Assembly: GCA_964652155.1 (NCBI GenBank)
Contig: CAZZBK010000013.1
Coordinates: forward strand, 19-64,018
Direction of reading: 5' to 3'
DNA length: 64,000 nt
From: an uncultured Planctomycetaceae bacterium
GTDB lineage: Bacteria > Planctomycetota > Planctomycetia > Pirellulales > PNKZ01
In this document: piece by piece, positions 8,972 to 17,141 of the stretch
How positions within the stretch are numbered: position 1 is the first letter of the stretch
Layout: every line of letters starts with the position of its first letter
Translations under genes and position numbers: made by a program
Notes under the pieces: generated by a model
Databases searched by the model: none
The model's input: the letters and a program-made list of their open reading frames with translations, nothing else
What the model was told of the DNA's origin: nothing

Positions 8972-11461
8972 GTGAACGCAATGCAGAGCATGAACAAATG
9001 GTGGTGGTTGGCGCTGGCCCTGTTCGTGGCCGGCGTGTGCGGCGGAGCAGTGAGCCATGCCGCCGACGCGCCGCCCGCCGTGTACAAAAGCCTCGGCGTC
9101 TCGCCAAGCGAGTTTGTGCTGCGTCACCCGCGGCAGCCGCAAAGCATTCAGGTGCTGGCGACCACGGCCGACGATTTCTCAGTCGACCTGCGCAGCACCG
9201 CCAAGTTCACCGTCGCCGATGGCAAAATGGTCCGCGTCGACTCGCAAGGCTGGGCCTGGCCGCTGAGCAACGGCCAAACAACCATCACCGCCGCTGTAGC
9301 GGGCAAGACGCTCACCATGAGTGTCCGCGTCGAATTGAGCCCCACCGAGCCGCCGTACAGCTTCCGTCACGAGGTCATGCCCGTGCTGACCAAGGCCGGT
9401 TGCAATATGGGCGCCTGTCACGGTTACTCGTTGGGTAAGAATGGCTTTCGGCTCTCGCTCCGCGGCCAAGATGCCGACGCCGACTACATGTCGATCTCCA
9501 AGGAAGCGTTCGGCCGGCGACTCGATTATCAGCGCCCCCTGGCGAGCATTTTTGTCTCGAAGCCGCGCGGCGACGTGGCCCACGAAGGAGGCGTGCGTTA
9601 TCAGCGCGACAGTCTCTGCGATCAGATTCTACAACGCTGGGTCGAGCAAGGCGCGCCGAGCGATCTGGCCGACACCGCTCAGGTGACCGGCGTGCGAATG
9701 ATCCCCGACAAGCTCGTGCTTCGGCCGGGCATCAAACACCGCGTGCAGTTGTTGGCCGACTACAGCAATGGCACTTCACGCGACGTGACCCGGCTCGGCG
9801 TGTTTGTCGCCAACAACACACAATTCGCCACCGTCGATGACGAGGGATTGGTCGAATCGGGCGATCCGGGCGAAACCGTGATCGTGGGCCGGTTCGAACG
9901 CAAGTTCGCCTCGACCGGCGTGATTGTGCTCAAGAACACGAGCAGCTTCCAACCATCGGTCGTGCCGCAAGATCACCTCGTCGATCGCCACGTCCTCGAA
10001 AAGCTCAATCGGCTTAAGATCGAACCGTCAGCCATCTCGGGCGACGAAGAGTTTCTTCGCCGCGTGTATCTCGACCTGATCGGCGTGCAACCGAAGCCCG
10101 AAGAGATTCGCGCCTTTGCTGCCAACGCCGACGTCAACAAGCGCGCGCAGGTCATCGAGGCGTTGTTCGACCGCAGCGAGTTTGTCGACCACTGGTCACT
10201 CAAATGGGGCGACCTGCTGCAAAACTCGCGCAACTCGGTGAGTTCGCCCAGCGTGTATCTGTTCCGCGAGTTCATTCGCTCGGCGGTGGCCTCGAACATG
10301 CCGCTCGACGAGTTCGCCCGACGGCTGGTGACTGCCCGCGGCGGCGCGGTCGACGATCCGGCCAGCGTGTACTTCGCGATCAGCAAGGACACGAACGACT
10401 CGGTCGAGCGGGTCACTCAGGTGTTTTGCGGCGTGCGCATGCTCTGTGCCCGTTGTCATGCCCACCCGCTCGAAAACTGGACGCAGGCCGACTACTACGG
10501 ACTGGCCAGCTTTTTCAATCAGGTGAGCACCCGGCCCGACACTCGCTTTAACGCCCAACGCACGCCGAACGCGAAATTCGTGCAGCTGAATTTGCAAGCG
10601 AGCCTATCGACCAACCCGCGCACCAATCAACTGCAACCGCCGCGATTTTTAGGCGGGGACGAACCCAAACTCGCCGCGGGCGTCGATCGCCGCGAGGCCT
10701 ATGCCCAGTGGCTCACTCAGGCCGATAATCCGCTCTTTGCCCGCGGGCTGGTCAACCGACTGTGGAGCTATTTCTTCCATCGCGGCATCGTCGAGCCGGT
10801 CGACGACGTGCGGAGCACGAACCCGCCGATCAACCCGGCTTTGCTCGAGGCTCTGACTGCCGACTTCGTGCAGCATAAGTTCGACGCGCGGCATTTGATG
10901 CGGCAGATCGTCACCTCGCGGACCTATCAGCGGACCAGTTTGGAAAACGCCTCGAACGCGCACGACGAGCAGAATTTCTCACACGCCGTGCCGCGACGCA
11001 TCCCCGCCGAGGCCTTGCTCGACTCGCTCGTGCAGGGGACCGGGGTCCCGGAGAACATCGGCGGCGCACCGGCCGGGTTCCGCGCCGCGCAACTGCCCGA
11101 CGCCAACGTCACGAGTCCGTTCCTCAGCCTGTTCGGCAAGCCGCAACGAATGGAAGCCTGCGAATGCGAACGCGACAACGGCTCGAACATGCTCCAGGCC
11201 CTGCACATGATCAACGGCAACAGCATCCTCTCGCGGGTCAGCAACCCCAACGGCCGACCGGCTCAATTGCTCAAACAAAAGCTGAGCGACGAAGAGCGGA
11301 TCAACGAACTGTACCTCTGGACGCTCGCCCGCAGCGCATCGGCCAACGAGCGACGCGTGGGGGTCGAGTTCCTCGCCAGCTACGGCGACAAGCAACTCGA
11401 GGCGCTGCAGGACATGATGTGGGCGCTGCTCAACAGCAAGGACTTCCTGCTGGTGCACTGA
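8972..11461 (+). CDS. PSCyt2 (DUF1549) / PSD1 (DUF1553) domain protein with an N-terminal Ig-like module
   Basis: Signal peptide present. Motifs GCNMGACHG and CARCHAHPLENWTQADYYGLASFF are present, with C-terminus ALLNSKDFLLVH typical of DUF1553. The start could instead be the ATG at 8981 or 8990. Confidence 0.9.
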   Translation: MNAMQSMNKWWWLALALFVAGVCGGAVSHAADAPPAVYKSLGVSPSEFVLRHPRQPQSIQVLATTADDFSVDLRSTAKFTVADGKMVRVDSQGWAWPLSNGQTTITAAVAGKTLTMSVRVELSPTEPPYSFRHEVMPVLTKAGCNMGACHGYSLGKNGFRLSLRGQDADADYMSISKEAFGRRLDYQRPLASIFVSKPRGDVAHEGGVRYQRDSLCDQILQRWVEQGAPSDLADTAQVTGVRMIPDKLVLRPGIKHRVQLLADYSNGTSRDVTRLGVFVANNTQFATVDDEGLVESGDPGETVIVGRFERKFASTGVIVLKNTSSFQPSVVPQDHLVDRHVLEKLNRLKIEPSAISGDEEFLRRVYLDLIGVQPKPEEIRAFAANADVNKRAQVIEALFDRSEFVDHWSLKWGDLLQNSRNSVSSPSVYLFREFIRSAVASNMPLDEFARRLVTARGGAVDDPASVYFAISKDTNDSVERVTQVFCGVRMLCARCHAHPLENWTQADYYGLASFFNQVSTRPDTRFNAQRTPNAKFVQLNLQASLSTNPRTNQLQPPRFLGGDEPKLAAGVDRREAYAQWLTQADNPLFARGLVNRLWSYFFHRGIVEPVDDVRSTNPPINPALLEALTADFVQHKFDARHLMRQIVTSRTYQRTSLENASNAHDEQNFSHAVPRRIPAEALLDSLVQGTGVPENIGGAPAGFRAAQLPDANVTSPFLSLFGKPQRMEACECERDNGSNMLQALHMINGNSILSRVSNPNGRPAQLLKQKLSDEERINELYLWTLARSASANERRVGVEFLASYGDKQLEALQDMMWALLNSKDFLLVH

Positions 11462-11504
11462 GCTGCATTACGAGCGGCCATAAAGACATGGCTCTGTGCA
11501 GTAA

Positions 11505-11577
11505 GCATGCCCACGCAGACGTGGGCATGGCACCCTTATGCAAGGCATCTTCTCAGGCAAGTGTGGGCATGGCGCCC
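11505..11577. repeat. hairpin repeat family C (ATGCCCAC-loop-GTGGGCATGGCACCC) plus a half copy
   Basis: gcATGCCCACgcagacGTGGGCATggcaccc at 11505..11535. A half site gtgggcatggcgccc lies at 11563..11577. Sits between the convergent stops at 11461 and 11601. The same family recurs at 24402..24470. Confidence 0.8.
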
Positions 11578-11600
11578 TTTGTCCATGCGTGAAATGTGCG

Positions 11601-12461
11601 CTAGCGGTCGAACAGCTTCTTGATTGCGTAGACGGTCGCGGCGCGGCCAGCACGGGCAATCGAGGTCGTCAGCGGAATGCGCTTCGGGCAGACCGTCACG
11701 CAGTTCTGGGCATTGCCGCACATCTGCAAGCCCCCCTCGGCCGTGAGCGCTTCGAGCCGCTCCTCGGCTTGCAGCTTGCCCGTCGGGTGCGTGTTGAACA
11801 ACATCGCCTGGCTGATGGCGTGCGGGCCAATGAAGTTTTCGTCGTAGGCGGCTTGCTTGCGGGCGGCGAATTGCGTCTCGCTCTCGTCGTCTCGCTGGAC
11901 CAACTCGACCTTGTTGTACTGCGGACACGCCTCGACGCAGCAACCGCAACTCATGCACTCGGAGAGCGGGTAGGCAATACCCTGCTCGGCCGGCGAGACG
12001 CGCGGCCCGGCACCCATGTCGTAGTAGCCATCGACCGGAATCCAGGCCTTGACCTTCTGCAAGGCGCGGAACAACCGCGAGCGGTCGACCATCAGGTCGC
12101 GGACCACGGGGAACTTGCCCATCGGCCGGAGTTCGATTTCGCTGGGTTGCTCGGCAAGCAAGCGATCGACGAGCGCGGAGCAGGCTTGCCGCACCCGGCC
12201 ATTGACGACCATCGTGCAGGCGCCGCATACCTCTTCGAGGCAGTTACAGTCCCAGGCCACGGGGGCGACAGCTTGCCCCTCGGCCGTTTTGGCCTGTGCG
12301 GCGATGCGCTGCAAGACACTGATCACGTTCATGTCGTTCTCGCGTTCGATGACATGCCGCTCCCAGTAGCTCGCCTCGCCGGGCGCGTCTTGCCGCAGCA
12401 CGCGGACCGTAAAGGTCTTGGCGTGACCGTGCTGAGCGTGGTCGTTGTGTTCGTGGTCCAT
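11601..12461 (-). CDS. sdhB: succinate dehydrogenase / fumarate reductase iron-sulfur subunit
   Basis: Three Fe-S cysteine clusters: CNCLEEVCGAC...C, CMSCGCCVEACP and CGNAQNCVTVCP. Confidence 0.95.
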   Translation of the reverse strand: MDHEHNDHAQHGHAKTFTVRVLRQDAPGEASYWERHVIERENDMNVISVLQRIAAQAKTAEGQAVAPVAWDCNCLEEVCGACTMVVNGRVRQACSALVDRLLAEQPSEIELRPMGKFPVVRDLMVDRSRLFRALQKVKAWIPVDGYYDMGAGPRVSPAEQGIAYPLSECMSCGCCVEACPQYNKVELVQRDDESETQFAARKQAAYDENFIGPHAISQAMLFNTHPTGKLQAEERLEALTAEGGLQMCGNAQNCVTVCPKRIPLTTSIARAGRAATVYAIKKLFDR

Positions 12462-12523
12462 GATGGTTTACCGTTTCCTGATTGAACGCTCGAAACGTAG
12501 AACTAGCGGGGGGCGGCAACGCC

Positions 12524-14527
12524 CTAGCCCGCGGCCTTTGACCCATTACCTTGATGATTCGCGGTAGCCGCCTTGGCGGCGCTGCGCTGCTTCCAGACTT
12601 CCTCGATCACCTCGGCGCCGACCAAGCCATAGAGCCGCGGGCGGGGCGGGATCAGCGAGGTGTCGACATCCTCGTAACTCAACTGGACGTCGCCGCTCGA
12701 GTCGAGTGTCGTGATCGTGCTCTTGAGCCAGCGGGCCGTGCTCTCCTCGAAACGGTCGCACCATTGCTCGGCTTCACGCAGACGCTCGGCCGGTTCGGTG
12801 GCTTTGAGCCCCGGCAGCGAGAAGTTTGGCTTGTAATGAGCACCGCGGCTTTCGTCGCGCGCCAGTGCGCCTTTGAGAATCGCCTCGGCGATCGGCAGCA
12901 TGTCCGTGAGCGCCTTGGTGAACACCACGTTCTGGTTCGTCCAGTGCCCCGAGTCGCTCAACGAGCAGCGTTTGACGCGCTCCTTGAGGTCGGCCATCTT
13001 GCCGACCGCCTCGCTGAGCTGATCGTTCTGTCGCACGACCGTGGCGACGCGGGTCATCATGTTGCCCAACTCTTGATGCAGCAGGTACGGGTTCTCGCCG
13101 CCGCCGCTCCGCTTGAGCAGCTTGTCGTGCGTGCCCTGGTGCTGCTTGCGGGCTTGCTCGAAAAGCGACGCGGGCTGATCGGCCGCCGCGCCGCCGCTCA
13201 CCCCCTTGAGCCAAGTCTGCAAGCTCGGAGCAACAATCAAGCCGCTGAATATGCAACTGAGCAACGAATTCGCTCCCAGGCGATTCGCGCCGTGGTATTG
13301 ATAGTCGCATTCGCCCAGCGCGTAGAGCCCGGGGATGTTGGTGGCCTGGTTCTTCGGATGGCCGATCTGCAAGCCACCCTGGGCACACTTCTCGTAGTCG
13401 ACCCAGAGGCCACCCATCGAGTAATGCACGGCGGGGAAAATTTTCATCGGCGTCTCACGCGGATCAACCCCTTGGAACTTCTCGTAGATTTCCAAGATGC
13501 CGCCGAGTTTGCGGTTGAGCATTTCACGCGGCAGGTGCGTGAGGTCGAGGTACACGGCAAGCCGATCGCTCTCGACGCTCAGCCCCTCGTTCGTGCAAAC
13601 GTTGAAAATCTCACGCGTGGCAATGTCGCGCGGGACGAGATTGCCGTACTTCGGGTAACGCTTTTCGAGGAAGTAATACCGCTCGGTCTCGGGTATTTGT
13701 CGTGGATCGCGGGGGTCCTGTGGCTTGACGGGGACCCAGACGCGGCCCCCTTCGCCGCGGGCGCTCTCGCTCATCAGCCGCAGCTTGTCGGCACCAGGAA
13801 TGGCGGTGGGATGGACTTGGATGAACTCACCGTTACCGTACTTGGCGCCGGCCTGAAAGGCGCGGCTGACCGCGCTGCCCGTGCAAGCCATCGACATCGT
13901 CGAGCGACCGAAGATCAGCCCGCACCCGCCCGTGGCCAGCACGACGGCGTCGGCCGCGAAGGAGCGAATCTCCATCGTGACCATGTCCTGGGCGACGCAG
14001 CCGCGGCAGACGCCTTGCTCGTCGACGATCGGGCCGAGAAAATCCCAGAACTCGTATTTCTTGATGTTTCCTTCGCTCTCCCAGCGGCGCACTTGTTCGT
14101 CGAGGGCATAGAGCAACTGCTGACCGGTGGTTGCGCCGGCGAAGGCGGTCCGCTTGAAGAGCGTGCCGCCGAAACGACGTTGATCGCGGAAGCCCTCGGG
14201 CGTGCGGTTGAAGGGGACTCCGAGGCGATCCATGAGGTCGATGATCTTCGGTCCCCAGTCGCACATTTCCTTGACCGGGGGCTGATGCTGGAGGAAGTCG
14301 CCGCCGTAGACCGTGTCGTCGAAGTGCAGCCCCTCGTGATCGCCTTGTTGGCGCGTGAGGTCGTTGACGCTGTTGATGCCCCCTTGAGCGCAGACGCTGT
14401 GCGAGCGTTTGACCGGCGTGAGGCTCATCAGGTCGACGTCGATGCCCAACTCGGCGAGTTTCATGGCGGCGGCCAGACCGGCAAGTCCACCACCGACGAT
14501 CATCACGCGTTGCTTTGCCATGTTCAT
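12524..14527 (-). CDS. sdhA: succinate dehydrogenase flavoprotein subunit
   Basis: FAD fold VMIVGGGLAGLAAA, SHSVCAQGGIN and C-terminal ESRGAHYKP. The ORF-track start 14554 is a TTG; the ATG at 14527 (MNMAKQRV) is preferred. Confidence 0.93.
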   Translation of the reverse strand: MNMAKQRVMIVGGGLAGLAAAMKLAELGIDVDLMSLTPVKRSHSVCAQGGINSVNDLTRQQGDHEGLHFDDTVYGGDFLQHQPPVKEMCDWGPKIIDLMDRLGVPFNRTPEGFRDQRRFGGTLFKRTAFAGATTGQQLLYALDEQVRRWESEGNIKKYEFWDFLGPIVDEQGVCRGCVAQDMVTMEIRSFAADAVVLATGGCGLIFGRSTMSMACTGSAVSRAFQAGAKYGNGEFIQVHPTAIPGADKLRLMSESARGEGGRVWVPVKPQDPRDPRQIPETERYYFLEKRYPKYGNLVPRDIATREIFNVCTNEGLSVESDRLAVYLDLTHLPREMLNRKLGGILEIYEKFQGVDPRETPMKIFPAVHYSMGGLWVDYEKCAQGGLQIGHPKNQATNIPGLYALGECDYQYHGANRLGANSLLSCIFSGLIVAPSLQTWLKGVSGGAAADQPASLFEQARKQHQGTHDKLLKRSGGGENPYLLHQELGNMMTRVATVVRQNDQLSEAVGKMADLKERVKRCSLSDSGHWTNQNVVFTKALTDMLPIAEAILKGALARDESRGAHYKPNFSLPGLKATEPAERLREAEQWCDRFEESTARWLKSTITTLDSSGDVQLSYEDVDTSLIPPRPRLYGLVGAEVIEEVWKQRSAAKAATANHQGNGSKAAG

Positions 14528-14582
14528 GACTTTCTCGGAAAAATTGCTCGCCAACGGCGCGCGGCTTTGAACGATTCAGAGA

Positions 14583-15398
14583 TTAAGGAGCGGTGACCGT
14601 GGCCGCTTTGCCGTCGGTCTGCTGGGCCTGCTTGGCCTTGTCCACGTTCGCCTTGACGGCTTGCCGCTGATCGATGTGGGCCTGCTCGATGAGCTTGGCC
14701 TCGTCGACGTTCACGCGGCTCATGCCGGTCAGCGCGCCGAGTCCGACGGCGGCCAACGCCAAGCCGAAGATGGCGCACGCCACGGTGGCGCGTCGCTGAG
14801 CGGCGGGCGAGGTCCAGACGCCCCAGGTGATCCCCATCGTCCACAGGCCGTTGGCCAAGTGATACACACACGACAGGACACCGATCGCGTAGACGATTTT
14901 CGTGAGCGTCGAACTCAGCGCGGCCGCGGCGCTCGACGAGGCATGATGCGGATCAAACTGCCAGCCCCCCAGGTTGTCGGTCACGCTCCGCCACCACGAG
15001 GCATGAATCCAGCCGTGCATGTGAAAGACGTGATAGAAAATGAAGAACAGGGCAATCCAAGCCGTCACGCGTTGCAGCGTGTAGCGGAAATTGCCCTTGT
15101 ACGGATAGTTGGCCGTATTCGAGATGCCCGTCCGAATAATCGCCACGCCCACGACAGCATGAAAAATGATGGGCAAAAAGATGCCGCCCCACTCGACCAA
15201 CGGCAACACGGGTCCCAGCGCGTGGATCTGGTCGACCGCGTTCTGAAACACGTCGGGCCCCGACAGCACGCTGGCGTTGGTCACCAAGTGGACGCACATG
15301 TACGCCCCCACGGGCAGCAGGCCGCTGAGCGAGTGTAACCTTAAGATGAGAAACTGGTTACGCTTGAAGAATGACGACGTCGAGGGGCTGGTTTCCAA
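14583..15398 (-). CDS. sdhC: succinate dehydrogenase cytochrome b subunit (b558-type, five predicted TM helices)
   Basis: FFKRNQFLILRLHSLSGLLPVG resembles the Bacillus-type SdhC N-terminus. Lies upstream of sdhA and sdhB. Start chosen as TTG at 15398, preceded by AAGGAAAG; the ORF track extends to 15473. Confidence 0.8.
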   Translation of the reverse strand: METSPSTSSFFKRNQFLILRLHSLSGLLPVGAYMCVHLVTNASVLSGPDVFQNAVDQIHALGPVLPLVEWGGIFLPIIFHAVVGVAIIRTGISNTANYPYKGNFRYTLQRVTAWIALFFIFYHVFHMHGWIHASWWRSVTDNLGGWQFDPHHASSSAAAALSSTLTKIVYAIGVLSCVYHLANGLWTMGITWGVWTSPAAQRRATVACAIFGLALAAVGLGALTGMSRVNVDEAKLIEQAHIDQRQAVKANVDKAKQAQQTDGKAATVTAP

Positions 15399-15773
15399 GG
15401 CGGCTTTCCTTCGCGCGGCGGAACGTGGAGGTCGCAACTCACGGTAGTATAAGGGTCGACCGTCACCTCGCAAGCGGCCTCGGTGCCAGGATTTGTTCCC
15501 TCTCGGCTCAAAGCCCGAAAGGCTGGCAGACGATGCGGGTATTGGCAGCCAGGGTCGCGGGGGCGGACGCCCTAACTCAGCTTTCTAATTTTGGATGGAT
15601 AGACTACAAATCACTTCTGGATAAGGTGTTGCGGAAAGTCGATAACCTCCGGCCAGGATTACTTGCCGCGCGGTACCGAACTTGCAGCTATGATTGAAGC
15701 GCGGAGTTCGTCTGTCCGTTTTTGGCAGTTGCGTGCTGCGTAGGCTGTTCTCACAAGCGTCGAAACGAGTTGT

Positions 15774-16193
15774 GTGGAGCATGTTGTGGTTCTCGTGACC
15801 TCACCCGCCATTTTGATCACCGACGACGATTCGTCACTGCGCGCCACGCTGAGCAGCGTGTTTGAGCCGCGCGGGTTCCGCACCTTGCAAGCGAGCGATG
15901 GGCAAGAGGCGCTCGATATCCTGCACAACCAGGAAGTTCACATCGCGCTCTTCGACATGCACATGCCACGCCTGACGGGGCTCGAAACCCTGCGGCTTGC
16001 CAAGCAGTTCAAAGCCGATTTGCCCTGCATTCTGATGTCGGCCGAGGCCGACGAGCAGATGATCAAGGAGGCCCTCTCCTGGGACGCCTTCGCTGTGCTC
16101 CGCAAGCCGGTCACGCGCAGCCACGTCATGGACCGCGTGCGCGAAGCGCTCATGCGCTGCTACCAATGGTACGACGCCAGCAAGCTCGTGTAG
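15774..16193 (+). CDS. stand-alone response regulator (receiver domain only)
   Basis: ILITDDDSSLR...ALFDMHMPRLTGLE...ILMSA...LRKP carries the canonical DD/D/S/K receiver positions. Several in-frame GTG starts lie at 15774-15795. Confidence 0.85.
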   Translation: MEHVVVLVTSPAILITDDDSSLRATLSSVFEPRGFRTLQASDGQEALDILHNQEVHIALFDMHMPRLTGLETLRLAKQFKADLPCILMSAEADEQMIKEALSWDAFAVLRKPVTRSHVMDRVREALMRCYQWYDASKLV

Positions 16194-16216
16194 CGCGTTG
16201 CGACGTGTTAGAGACG

Positions 16217-16351
16217 AACGAGCGGGGGTCGTCAGGCCCCCGATAGCTTCACCCCGTCATCGACCGTGTCGCCGGCGTTCGCTCCCATTGCGATAGTAAA
16301 CGTTTGGGCAAGGCAAACTTATCGGGAGGCTCACGCCTCCCGCTCGTTGTT
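16217..16351. repeat. REPIN-like doublet, left copy
   Basis: Left REP is AACGAGCGGGGGTCGTCAGGCCCCCGATAGCTT (16217..16249). Right REP, inverted, is AACTTATCGGGAGGCTCACGCCTCCCGCTCGTT (16316..16348). Each has a 7-bp stem and a tetraloop. It overlaps the last 19 nt of the RAYT ORF. Confidence 0.85.
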
Positions 16352-16915
16352 GATGCGCTGTGATGGCAGGTCAGAGATGCGTTCAACGTCGGGCTTGATC
16401 CAGATCTCCATCGGGTGGGCTTGCCGACGAACGTATTCGATCGCCGCTTGCACGGCCAACCTGCCTGGTAAATGCCGCTTCGATCCCGACTCGGTCCACC
16501 AGGTTCCACTCTCGGGCCGAGAAAATCGCCCATTCAACGCTCGGCTGGCATAGCTCTTCATGTCCCCCAGCAAGGCACTCGATGTCCGGCTCGCTACGGC
16601 ACCGATCACCAGATGAACATGATTGGACATGATCGCTGCGGCCAGTAGATCGTCGGCTCGATAGGCGGCCGTTTCTTGAAATTGTGTCAAAGCCACGGAG
16701 GCCTGCTCTGAACTTAACCAAACCGGTGATCCGAGCAGCTTCTTGCATGCATGCTCACGCAGCGCGGGTAAGTCGGCATCGACCGGCATGCCCGGAATGT
16801 TGTGCAGTTCCAATTCACCGGACCCGGTCCGTACCGGGCTGACAAATCCACGTCGATCTCCCGGCAGCCACGTACCGTAGGTCGTCCACGTCAAAAGCCA
16901 GTAGCGGAGCATCAC
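16331..16915 (-). CDS. rayT: REP-associated tyrosine transposase (IS200-like Y1/HUH family)
   Basis: N-terminus YWLLTWTTYGTWLPGDRRGFV, HUH motif SNHVHLVIG and a C-terminal Tyr motif AIEYVRRQ. GTG at 16915 is followed directly by ATG at 16912. Confidence 0.75.
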   Translation of the reverse strand: MMLRYWLLTWTTYGTWLPGDRRGFVSPVRTGSGELELHNIPGMPVDADLPALREHACKKLLGSPVWLSSEQASVALTQFQETAAYRADDLLAAAIMSNHVHLVIGAVASRTSSALLGDMKSYASRALNGRFSRPESGTWWTESGSKRHLPGRLAVQAAIEYVRRQAHPMEIWIKPDVERISDLPSQRINNEREA

Positions 16916-16967
16916 GAGAGTTTGCCCTCAGCATGAAACGACCGATCAAGTATTAAAACACGGCAAG

Positions 16968-17097
16968 GAGCGGGGGTCGTCAGGCCCCCGATAGCTTCGC
17001 CCCGTCATCGACCGTGTCGCCGGCGTTCGCTCCCATTGCGATAGTAAACGTTTGGGTAAGGCAAACTTATCGGGAGGCTCACGCCTCCCGCTCGTTG
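16968..17097. repeat. REPIN-like doublet, right copy
   Basis: 128/130 identical to 16220..16349 and in the same orientation. Confidence 0.9.
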
Positions 17098-17141
17098 AAA
17101 GGATCCTCGTAGAGATGTCCTCGATCGAACCAGCGGCTAAC

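Larger units (their letters stand above)
16217..17097. mobile_element. REPIN-RAYT-REPIN unit
   Basis: An HUH/Y1 transposase gene is flanked by two direct 130-bp copies (16220..16349 and 16968..17097, 2 mismatches). Each copy is built from two inverted hairpin REPs. Confidence 0.75.

Noticed and set aside
11527-11541. Sigma54 promoter-like TGGCACccttaTGCA; also TGGCAGTTGCGTGCT upstream of the response regulator near 15726
   Set aside because: The GG-to-GC spacing is one nucleotide short of the TGGCAC-N5-TTGC consensus in both cases. The first is simply part of the family C repeat.
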